From an uncultured Gemmatimonadales bacterium (GTDB lineage: Bacteria; Gemmatimonadota; Gemmatimonadetes; Gemmatimonadales; GWC2-71-9), in assembly GCA_963728915.1 (NCBI GenBank), contig CAVSLV010000001.1, forward strand, positions 160,001 to 224,000: a stretch of 64,000 nucleotides of DNA, read 5' to 3'. Both the position numbers and the translations under genes were made by a program. This document shows, in pieces, positions 9,713-17,917 of this stretch; position 1 is the first letter of the stretch, and every line of letters starts with the position of its first letter. A model generated the notes under the pieces. It made no database searches and had not been told where the DNA came from. It was given only the letters and a program-made list of their open reading frames with translations.

Positions 9713-12223
9713 ATGTCCGATGAACGATTGCACCCCGGCGTCCGCCAGCTTCTGGCGCAGGAAATCGCCCGGGCTCGGGGCCGGGAGGTCTGCTTCGTCG
9801 GGACGGTGGACGAGGCCGGCGTCATCACCCAGGCCAGGGCGGTCGCGCGAGGGACCGTAGACCAGGTGCTGGCCTTGCCGGGGGCGGCCTCCCGCGGCGA
9901 AATCGTCCTCCACAATCATCCCGGCGGCGACCTGGAGCCTTCGGTCGCTGATCTCACGGTCGCTGCCCGCCTCCATGACGGCGGAATCGGCTTCGGAATC
10001 GTCAACAACGACGCCACCGAGCTCTACATCGTGGTCGAGGTCCCCAGAGCTCCGCGGCAGGAGCGGCTCGACTCGCTCGAAATGGCCAACCTGTTAGGAC
10101 CTCGCGGCCCCATCGCGACGCGTCTGGGCACTGAGAACTTCGAAGACCGTCAGGGCCAGCGTGACATGGCCGCGCACGTCGCGGATGCCTACAACGATGG
10201 CGGGGTCGTCCTGCTCGAAGCGGGCACCGGGATCGGGAAGTCGTTCGCCTACCTGGTGCCGGCCCTCGCCTGGGCCAGGAAGAACAAGGAACGCACCGTC
10301 GTCTCGACCAACACCATCAATCTCCAGGAACAGCTGGTCGGGAAGGACCTGCCGCTGCTCCGCGATGCCCTGGAGGACGAGAGCCACACTCCGACGTTTG
10401 CGCTTCTCAAGGGCTGGCACAATTACCTCTGCCTGGCCCGACTCCATTCCGCGATGGCGGGCCAGCAGACCCTGTTCGAGCCGGCTCGGCAGGAGGAGCT
10501 GGTGGCTCTGGGAGAGTGGGCGAGCCGCACCGCCGACGGCACGCTGGGGGACCTCGCGGTGGCGCCGAGTGGCGAGGTCTGGGACGAGGTCGCGGCGGAG
10601 CCGGATCTCTGTACCCGGATCCGGTGTCCCCACTTCGATCGCTGCTTCCTGTTCCGGGCCCGACGGGCCGCTGCCGAAGCCGATGTCGTCGTGGTGAATC
10701 ATCACCTGCTCGCCGCCGACCTCGCGATCCGGAGCGCGCAGGACAACTGGGAAGAAGCCGCGGTGCTGCCGCCGTATCAGCGGCTGGTGCTGGACGAGGC
10801 CCATCACCTGGAGGATGTCGCGGCGTCGCACCTGGGCGTGCAGGTCAGCAGCCGGGCGGTGCGGCGGCTGCTCGCCCGATTCGAGCGGAGCGGGAAGGGC
10901 CTGCTTCCCTCGCTTGCGCACGAGCTCATGGGGCAGGGCGATCTCCTGAGCCGGGCCAGCCTGGATCTCATGAGCGCGCGACTCCTGCCGGCCATCGCCG
11001 ACGCCCGGCGGTTCTCGGAAGCGCTGTTCCGGCGCCTGCTCGCCCTGCTCGAGGCGCAGCAATCTCCCTTCCGGCTCGACGCTGATTTCGCCCGCGCACC
11101 GGTCTGGGCCGACGGACTCGGCGCCGAGCTGGATAGTGCGCTGGCCCAGTTCGACCGGATCCGCGACGACATCGAAACGATCGCGGACCGGTTGAGCCAG
11201 GCCGAGCTGACCGAGCGACGGCAACAGCTCCTGGGCGAGCTGCGCGGCGTGGTTCGGCGACTCGAGGCGATTCGCGACGGGCTCAATCGGGCCCTCCGGC
11301 CGCCCCCGGGGGGGCCGCCGACGGTGCGCTGGATCGAGCGCAGTGGAACCAAAGGCGATCAGGTGGCCCTCGCCGCGGTTCCCCTCGACCTTGCCCCGCT
11401 GCTTCGCGAGCTGCTGTTCGACCGGGTCACCACGGTCACCCTGACCAGCGCCACTCTGGCGGCGGGGGGCGAATTCGACTTTCTGGAGTCCCGGGTCGGG
11501 CTGGCGCGGGATCCTAACCCGGTCACCGTGCGGGAGATTCTGCCTTCGCCGTTCAATTATCCGGAGCAATGTCTCTTCGGAGTTCCCAGCGACCTCGCCG
11601 ACCCGCGGGAGAACGAGGCGGGGCACGAAGCGGGCATCGTGCAGGTGCTGACCGAGCTCATGTGGGCTTCCGATGGCGGGGCCTTCGCGCTGTTCACCAG
11701 CCACCGCTCCCTGCGCCGGGTGGCGGCGGAGCTCAAGGGCACCCTGCCACCCCGCTGGCCGATCCTGGTGCAGGGCGAACAGCCTCGCGATCAGCTGCTC
11801 CGCCGGTTTCGTGAAGCCGGCAACGCGCTTCTGCTCGGGACCGATTCGTTCTGGGAAGGCGTTGATGTCCCGGGGCGCGCGCTCCGGGTCCTGCTCCTCT
11901 GCAAGCTACCTTTCAAGGTTCCCTCGGAGCCGCTGACCGCGGCCCGGCTCGAGCGCCTCGCCGAGCAGGGAGAAGACGGGTTCATGGGCTACCTGCTCCC
12001 CCATGCGGCGCTCAAACTCAAGCAGGGTTTCGGCCGGCTGATCCGGAGCCGGACCGATGTGGGCGTGGTGCTGCTGTGCGACCGGAGGGTGCTCTCGAAA
12101 CGGTACGGCCCCCTGGTCCTTTCCGGGCTCCCGCGTGCCGAGCGGGTGGTCGGTACCTGGGCCGAAGTACGAACCAAGTGCGAGGACTTTTTTGCCCGCC
12201 ATGGCATCGGAGCGAGCGTGTAG
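9713..12223 (+). CDS. DinG/YoaA-family Fe-S helicase with N-terminal JAB/MPN-like domain
   Basis: EAGTGIGKS (Walker A), STNTINLQEQL, KGWHNYLC..C..CPHFDRC, VVVNHHLL, DEAH, TSATL, LFTSH, LLGTDSFWEGVDVPG, KQGFGRLIRS; N-terminal LHNHPGGDLEPSVAD. Confidence 0.9.
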   Translation: MSDERLHPGVRQLLAQEIARARGREVCFVGTVDEAGVITQARAVARGTVDQVLALPGAASRGEIVLHNHPGGDLEPSVADLTVAARLHDGGIGFGIVNNDATELYIVVEVPRAPRQERLDSLEMANLLGPRGPIATRLGTENFEDRQGQRDMAAHVADAYNDGGVVLLEAGTGIGKSFAYLVPALAWARKNKERTVVSTNTINLQEQLVGKDLPLLRDALEDESHTPTFALLKGWHNYLCLARLHSAMAGQQTLFEPARQEELVALGEWASRTADGTLGDLAVAPSGEVWDEVAAEPDLCTRIRCPHFDRCFLFRARRAAAEADVVVVNHHLLAADLAIRSAQDNWEEAAVLPPYQRLVLDEAHHLEDVAASHLGVQVSSRAVRRLLARFERSGKGLLPSLAHELMGQGDLLSRASLDLMSARLLPAIADARRFSEALFRRLLALLEAQQSPFRLDADFARAPVWADGLGAELDSALAQFDRIRDDIETIADRLSQAELTERRQQLLGELRGVVRRLEAIRDGLNRALRPPPGGPPTVRWIERSGTKGDQVALAAVPLDLAPLLRELLFDRVTTVTLTSATLAAGGEFDFLESRVGLARDPNPVTVREILPSPFNYPEQCLFGVPSDLADPRENEAGHEAGIVQVLTELMWASDGGAFALFTSHRSLRRVAAELKGTLPPRWPILVQGEQPRDQLLRRFREAGNALLLGTDSFWEGVDVPGRALRVLLLCKLPFKVPSEPLTAARLERLAEQGEDGFMGYLLPHAALKLKQGFGRLIRSRTDVGVVLLCDRRVLSKRYGPLVLSGLPRAERVVGTWAEVRTKCEDFFARHGIGASV

Positions 12224-12874
12224 ATGAGCCGCATTCTGGCATCACCGTCGAAGATCGTGTGCGTGGGCCGGAACTACGTCGATCACGCCCGAGAGCTGGG
12301 GAACGATGTTCCCAAGGAGCCGCTCCTCTTTCTCAAGGCTCCGACGACCCTCATCGGGCCGGGCGAAGCGATCGTGCTGCCGCCCCAGTCGAAGCAGGTC
12401 GAGCACGAGGCGGAAATCGGAGTCGTGGTCGGGAAGCGCCTGTCCCACGTGAACCTGGTCGAGGCCGAGCGGGGGATCGAGGGGTACTTGTGTCTCAATG
12501 ACGTGACGGCGCGCGACCTGCAGCGCTCCGACGGCCAGTGGACCCGGGCCAAGGGCTTCGACACCTTCTGCCCGGTAGGTCCCCGGATTGCCAAGGGCCT
12601 CCACTGGAACGACCTGGAGGTCGTAGGGAGGGTGAATGGGGTGGAGCGTCAGCGGGCCAATACGAGCCAGATGGTGTTCTCGATTCCGGCCATCCTGTCC
12701 TACATCAGCGGCATCATGACTCTCTTGCCCGGTGACCTGGTGGCGACCGGAACGCCGGCGGGCGTGGGACCCCTGGTCCCGGGCGACGTCGTGGAGGTCG
12801 AAGTGACTGGTGTGGGCGTGTTGCGGAATCCAGTGAAGGCCTTCGAGGGAGCCGGGAGTGGCGAAGCCTCCTGA
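12224..12874 (+). CDS. Fumarylacetoacetate hydrolase family protein
   Basis: KIVCVGRNY.DHA.E, HEAEIGVV, NDVTARDLQ, RAKGFDTFCPVGP, PGDLVATGTPAGVG. Confidence 0.93.
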   Translation: MSRILASPSKIVCVGRNYVDHARELGNDVPKEPLLFLKAPTTLIGPGEAIVLPPQSKQVEHEAEIGVVVGKRLSHVNLVEAERGIEGYLCLNDVTARDLQRSDGQWTRAKGFDTFCPVGPRIAKGLHWNDLEVVGRVNGVERQRANTSQMVFSIPAILSYISGIMTLLPGDLVATGTPAGVGPLVPGDVVEVEVTGVGVLRNPVKAFEGAGSGEAS

Positions 12875-13781
12875 GCTCTGGCTTCCTCGCGGGCCGCGAT
12901 GGCCGAATTGGGCCATTGCGGTCAGCCTGGGCCTTCATGCGCTCCTGTTCCTGATCAAGGTGAAGCCGTGGCTGGTTGTCACGGAGCGGCCGGTCATTCA
13001 GATCGCGCTGACTCCTCCCGGGGCTCTGGCGGTGGGACAACCCGAGATTCGCTACGAGGTGCAGGGCGGGCGTCCGCCCTCGCGCCGCGGTCCCGCCACG
13101 GTCCCGGCGCCGAGAGAGAATCCGGTGCCCGAGCTGCCCCAACCCAAGCCGGAACCGGAGCAGGTGCATCCGGCAGAACCGCTGCCTTTCGTCACCACGC
13201 CTCTGGCGGTCCCGCCGACGGCCGACAGCGGCCGGGGCAAGGCGGTCGCGGGGAACCCGGGTTATCGCATCGGTCCAGCCCTGGGCGAAGGCAAACTCTG
13301 GGTGCAACCTCTCCCCGCTGCGCCGCGCGAGATCGCCGAGGCCCTCAACAAGAGCCATATCGAGCTGGTCGACAGTGCGGTCAGCGCCATCGTCCAGGCC
13401 TATATCGATTCCGTGCTCAACGCGCCGACCGACGCTGGCGCCACGCCCCCCAGCTGGACGACCAAGATTTTCGGGAAGACCTTCGGCATCGACAGCAAGT
13501 ACATCTACCTGGGCGGGCTCAAGATCCCGAGCGCGATCCTGGCGTTCCTGCCGATCAACGGTGGCGGGATGACGATGGAGTACAGCCAGGCATCCCGGAT
13601 GGCGGCGATTCACGCTGATCTGATGTATGCGTCGCAGCGGGCGGCGACGATGGACGACTTCAAGCGGGCGGTGCGGGAGCTGCGCGCCGAGCGGGAGCGC
13701 CAGCGGGAGCTGGATCGGAACCAGCGCCAGCCTGCCGACACGAGTCAGAAGAAGAAGCCGATTCCGCCCAAAATTCCCTAG
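12858..13781 (+). CDS. Hypothetical membrane-anchored Pro-rich protein
   Basis: TonB-like N-terminal anchor (AVSLGLHALLFLI), Pro-rich linker, charged helical tail; coding-like codon pattern. Confidence 0.65.
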   Translation: MAKPPELWLPRGPRWPNWAIAVSLGLHALLFLIKVKPWLVVTERPVIQIALTPPGALAVGQPEIRYEVQGGRPPSRRGPATVPAPRENPVPELPQPKPEPEQVHPAEPLPFVTTPLAVPPTADSGRGKAVAGNPGYRIGPALGEGKLWVQPLPAAPREIAEALNKSHIELVDSAVSAIVQAYIDSVLNAPTDAGATPPSWTTKIFGKTFGIDSKYIYLGGLKIPSAILAFLPINGGGMTMEYSQASRMAAIHADLMYASQRAATMDDFKRAVRELRAERERQRELDRNQRQPADTSQKKKPIPPKIP

Positions 13782-13902
13782 CGCTTGACGGGTTCCACCT
13801 CCGAGCGCGGCAGTTCGCGTTTCCCACGCAAATCCTGCTGAAACGGCCGCTCACTGGGGGCGCTCGTCGGTGGAACCGGTCTTCGCGCTGGCGTTCTGAT
13901 TT

Positions 13903-15309
13903 CTACCTGATTCGCGCGAGCGCTTTTTCCTTTCCCACCACCGCCAGCAGCTCATTCACCGGCTCCGAGACGGTGGATCCGGTCAGGGCAACGCGGATCG
14001 GCTGGAGCAGATCGCCCAGCTTCATGCCGCTTCGAGTCACCCGGTCCTTGAGGGCGACGAGAATGCGCTCGCTGTGCCACTCGCCCCCGGGAATCGACTC
14101 GAGGGTTTCCCGCGCGGCCCGGAGACTCTCCTCGTACCGGGGTCCCATTTTGGAGATGAGCCCTCGGGCCTTTTCATCCGGCTCGGCCCGCGAAGGCTCC
14201 AGCCGGATCGCCACCTGCCTCGCCAGGTCGAGGGTAGTGCGGGAACGGGCGCGGACCGACTCGATGTAGGGGATGACCTCCTTCGCTCCCGGGGACTCGA
14301 TCCCCATGCGGGCCAGCTCCTCGAGGACCGGATCGACCAGGTCCCCGGGGGGCAGCAGCGAGAGATACTGTCCATTCATCCATTCGAGCTTGGTCGTGTC
14401 GAAGATCGCGGGCTTCTTCTGGATCCCTTCGAGCGAAAACAGGGAGACCATGTCCTCCGGGGTGAGAATCTCGCGGTCTCCTCCCGGCGACCAACCCAGC
14501 AGGGCGAGGAAGTTCCGCATGGCATCGGGCACGATCCCCAGGGATTTGTAATCCCCGACCGCGGTCGCCCCGTGACGCTTGGAGAGTTTCTTCCCGTCCT
14601 GTCCCAGGATCATCGGCACGTGGGCGAAGACCGGCGGGGTCTGGCCGAGCGCGCGGTAGAGCGCGATCTGTTTGGGCGTGTTCGAGATGTGATCGTCGCC
14701 CCGGATGACGTGGGTGATCCGCATCTCGATGTCGTCCGATACTACCGCCAGGTTGTAGATCGGGGTCTGATCGCTTCGCAGGATGATCAGGTCGTCGAGA
14801 TCCCGGCCGTGGAAGGTGATGGGGCCGTGGACCGCGTCGTCCCAGGAGATCTCCTCCGCGGGCATCCGGAACCGGATCGCGAAGGGCATCCCGCGGGCCA
14901 CCCGCGCGGCGATCTCTCCTTCGGGGAGCCGGTCGCAGCGGCGGTCGTACTTGAAGGCTTCAGCCCCCTGGGCGGTCGCCTTCCGTTGCGCCTCCAGCTC
15001 CTCCCGGGTGCAGAAACACCGATACGCCTTCCGCTCGGCGAGAAGCCGGTGGGCTTCCTCGCGGTGTCGCGACACGGCGGCGCCCTGAAAGAGGGGGCCC
15101 TCATCCCACGCGAGCCCGAGCCAGGCCAGGCCTTCGAGGATGACACGGGTGTGCTCCTCGGTGCTTCGCTCGCGGTCGGTATCCTCGATGCGAAGGATGA
15201 ACCGTCCTCCGGTCTTTCTCGCAAAGAGCCAGTTGAAGAGCGCCGTCCGGGCGCCACCAACGTGGAGATAGCCGGTCGGTGAGGGAGCGAAGCGGACACG
15301 GGTAGACAT
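13903..15309 (-). CDS. gltX: Glutamate--tRNA ligase
   Basis: VRFAPSPTGYLHVGGARTA, LRIEDTD, VIRGDDHISNTPKQ, KKLSKRHGA. Confidence 0.97.
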   Translation of the reverse strand: MSTRVRFAPSPTGYLHVGGARTALFNWLFARKTGGRFILRIEDTDRERSTEEHTRVILEGLAWLGLAWDEGPLFQGAAVSRHREEAHRLLAERKAYRCFCTREELEAQRKATAQGAEAFKYDRRCDRLPEGEIAARVARGMPFAIRFRMPAEEISWDDAVHGPITFHGRDLDDLIILRSDQTPIYNLAVVSDDIEMRITHVIRGDDHISNTPKQIALYRALGQTPPVFAHVPMILGQDGKKLSKRHGATAVGDYKSLGIVPDAMRNFLALLGWSPGGDREILTPEDMVSLFSLEGIQKKPAIFDTTKLEWMNGQYLSLLPPGDLVDPVLEELARMGIESPGAKEVIPYIESVRARSRTTLDLARQVAIRLEPSRAEPDEKARGLISKMGPRYEESLRAARETLESIPGGEWHSERILVALKDRVTRSGMKLGDLLQPIRVALTGSTVSEPVNELLAVVGKEKALARIR

Positions 15310-15315
15310 GCGAAA

Positions 15316-15406
15316 CGGAGTGGGAGGGATTCGAACCCTCGATAGGGGATTTCGCCCCTATAACGGTTTAGCAAACCGCCGCCTTCAGCCGCTCGGCCAC
15401 CACTCC
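15316..15406 (-). tRNA. tRNA-Ser (GCT)
   Basis: Reverse complement GGAGTGGTGGCCGAGCGGCTGAAGGCGGCGGTTTGCTAAACCGTTATAGGGG..CCCCTATCGAGGGTTCGAATCCCTCCCACTCCG; long variable arm; no encoded CCA. Confidence 0.96.
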
Positions 15407-15443
15407 GGAACGGGACGGAAATTGGGCCTGAAGAACGACTTAT

Positions 15444-15890
15444 TCAAGGGCTGCCGATTGCCTCGGACCAACTCTCCCAGGTGAGGTGACAGGCGGAGAT
15501 GAAGAGATCGGGTGGATGGCCCTCCTTCCCAATCAGCGAATGGAGCATCTCATGCCGGACCACCAGCTCGTCGTTGGCGAAATTGCCGGCAAGTACGATG
15601 ACCCCTGCCTTCCTTTCCCGGGTCCAGAGCCCCACCACCGGACCCTCCGCCGCGACAAAGCTGCTGGCGCCGGGAATCACATACCAGCGAAGCGAGGTCC
15701 AGGAGCCCTGGAGTCCGCTGCACGCTTCGGTTCGCTGGTACCAATCCTGAAAAACCCCGGGAGCGGCAAGGGGCACGGCTCCCTGGGGAAGCACCTCGCC
15801 TCCTCGGGGGTTTGCGGAACAACCGGCGATCGTGCCGGCGAAAACAATCCAGGTCGCACGTTGCAGAACGTGCCTCGAGAACCCGCCCAC
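15444..15890 (-). CDS. Hypothetical lipoprotein with HExxH motif (possible zinc metalloprotease)
   Basis: Lipobox IAGC; VRHEMLHSLIGKEGH. Confidence 0.6.
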   Translation of the reverse strand: MGGFSRHVLQRATWIVFAGTIAGCSANPRGGEVLPQGAVPLAAPGVFQDWYQRTEACSGLQGSWTSLRWYVIPGASSFVAAEGPVVGLWTRERKAGVIVLAGNFANDELVVRHEMLHSLIGKEGHPPDLFISACHLTWESWSEAIGSP

Positions 15891-15966
15891 GCTGCTCCAT
15901 GTCGTGATGAGATCGCCGGATTCCCAGCGAGAGTCATACCACGGTACTGCACCATCAAGGGTACAA

Positions 15967-16704
15967 TCAGGACGAAAAACGCCAGCCGAACCCGAGTGCC
16001 ATCGACAGGTGACTGAAGTTCACTCTCAACGGACTCGGGCCCGCCGGCGATGCAAACCCCAGCCGCACGCCTGGCCAGGGTCCCTCGGTCCGTTTGGGTA
16101 GCAGCCGATAGGAAAACGTGAGATCCACGAAGGTCGGCTTCCGCGCCGAGGTCCGGATCCCCGCCTCGAATTGGGCGCCGAACCTCACCAGCGTACGAGG
16201 GACATCGCCGATCGTCTCGCTGTTGAGCATGGCCAGCAGCGGACCGGCGCCAAGGTGCACCAGAGGAAGCGGGCTGAAGCTCAGGGAGGTCCCGGCCAGC
16301 AGGGTGGACCAGTCCGCCCGCATGTCTGTCCCGGAAAGCCGTCCTTCGGCACTCCCGAGATTGGCATAGGTGAACATCAGGCTGGCGTCGAGGCGACTGA
16401 CCAGGCGCCGCGCCAGGGTTGCGGTGAGGCCGAGCTCGGGAGCACCGATGAGCGGGTTATCGTGGCAATTGGACTTCCAGACATCGCAGTAGTGCTCGGT
16501 CCATCCTTCTTCGAGCAGTCTGGCTTTCATCTGGCCGGCGGGCCCGCCAATCGGACGGCTGACGGAGACGATCAGGTTCCACCCGGCGCTCTGGTCGTAG
16601 GGAACTCTCCGGACCGTGACGCTGCCTTGCGCCGCCAGCATGCCGAAGGGCACGGTGAGAGCCCACATTCCGAGTCGGAGGCCCGTCTTCATGACTTCAA
16701 ACAT
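15967..16704 (-). CDS. Secreted putative outer-membrane beta-barrel protein (paralog of 16737-17810)
   Basis: Signal peptide; amphipathic beta strands; C-terminal LGFGWRF beta-signal-like end; shared blocks with neighbour. Confidence 0.6.
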   Translation of the reverse strand: MFEVMKTGLRLGMWALTVPFGMLAAQGSVTVRRVPYDQSAGWNLIVSVSRPIGGPAGQMKARLLEEGWTEHYCDVWKSNCHDNPLIGAPELGLTATLARRLVSRLDASLMFTYANLGSAEGRLSGTDMRADWSTLLAGTSLSFSPLPLVHLGAGPLLAMLNSETIGDVPRTLVRFGAQFEAGIRTSARKPTFVDLTFSYRLLPKRTEGPWPGVRLGFASPAGPSPLRVNFSHLSMALGFGWRFSS

Positions 16705-16736
16705 ATCCGAGTGGACACGGGAAGCTGGAACCGGCC

Positions 16737-17810
16737 CTATTGTACTCCACTCGTGAACCGCATCCCGAGCCCGACGGAGAGAAAGAGATGGCTGAAATTC
16801 GCGTCCATGGTTCCGGGTCCGGCGGCAACGAACGCCGCATCCTTCCGGCCCGGCCAGGGACCCTCGTTCCGGCTCGGGAGCAGTCGATAGGATCCCTTCG
16901 CTTCGAAGAACATGGCGCTCTTGACTGAAGACCGGAGGTCGGCCTCGAAGATGGCGCCGGGCCGGAGCACGCCGCGGGGCTGGTTATCTACCCGCTCGCT
17001 GTTGAGAATCGCGAAGACCGGCCCCGCGCCCAGCTGGACCTGGGGAATGAGGGTGATCCCAATCGTCCCGCCGACCAGGATGGTGGACCAGTCGGCCCGA
17101 ACATCGATACCGTTCCGACGGCCTTCGGCGGATCCCAGCGGCACGACCGAGAACAACGCGGAACCCTGAAGCAGCCGACCCAACTGCCACGAGAGCGTCC
17201 CGGTAATCGCGAGCGACGCGTGATGCACCAGGGGATTGTCGTGGCAGGTGGTCTGCTTGAAATCGCAATATCGCTCGGTCCAATCGTTCTCGAGCAATCT
17301 GGCCTTCATCTGCCCGACCGGCCCACCCAGCGGGATCCCGGGAGAAAACGTGAGGGTCCAGCGGCTGTCAGCAGGTGTGAGGCTGATGGACTCAACCGGG
17401 ACAGATCGTGATGGCGGGGTCAGGCTCACGCTGCTCCGGTCCACCACCTCCACCTTGCCGTCTTCGGCGAGGATGATGAAGGGCACCGGGCTCCGGGTCG
17501 AATCCAGAGCGATCAGCCCGCGGACCTGGACGCCCTGTCGCTGGAACATTTCCCCGCCCCCGAAGAGTTTGCCGAACAGCGGGGGGATCAGCACGTCGAT
17601 GGTGCGTTTGGCGTAGTTCACTCCCAGCGCCAGACGGAGGGTTCCGTCCGGCAGTCGCTGGACCCTTGCCACCGGCCCAGTCACGACCGCGACCTCACCG
17701 ACGTGCTGAGCGGCGTCCCAGTGATCGATGAAATCGATGACCTGGGCCGAAGCGGACAGGGCGGGGGCCGCGATCAGCCCGCTCGCCAGGAGGATGGCAC
17801 GACAGGACAT
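16737..17810 (-). CDS. Secreted protein: N-terminal OB-fold-like domain + putative beta-barrel (paralog of 15967-16704)
   Basis: Signal peptide; 'AAQHVGEVAVVTGPV...VQVRGLI' OB-like segment; C-terminal half matches neighbour (GGP.GQMKARLLE..WTE.YCD....CHDNPL, RADWST, EGPWPG, NFSHL). Confidence 0.6.
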   Translation of the reverse strand: MSCRAILLASGLIAAPALSASAQVIDFIDHWDAAQHVGEVAVVTGPVARVQRLPDGTLRLALGVNYAKRTIDVLIPPLFGKLFGGGEMFQRQGVQVRGLIALDSTRSPVPFIILAEDGKVEVVDRSSVSLTPPSRSVPVESISLTPADSRWTLTFSPGIPLGGPVGQMKARLLENDWTERYCDFKQTTCHDNPLVHHASLAITGTLSWQLGRLLQGSALFSVVPLGSAEGRRNGIDVRADWSTILVGGTIGITLIPQVQLGAGPVFAILNSERVDNQPRGVLRPGAIFEADLRSSVKSAMFFEAKGSYRLLPSRNEGPWPGRKDAAFVAAGPGTMDANFSHLFLSVGLGMRFTSGVQ

Positions 17811-17917
17811 GGAACTCCCTCAGGTGGACTCAAACTTAGCAAGAGGCTTCCTGCCCGCTCTTGCGACCGGAGCCCGGCCGACCGTATCGTCTGCCCATTC
17901 CCGTCGGAGCCAATTTC

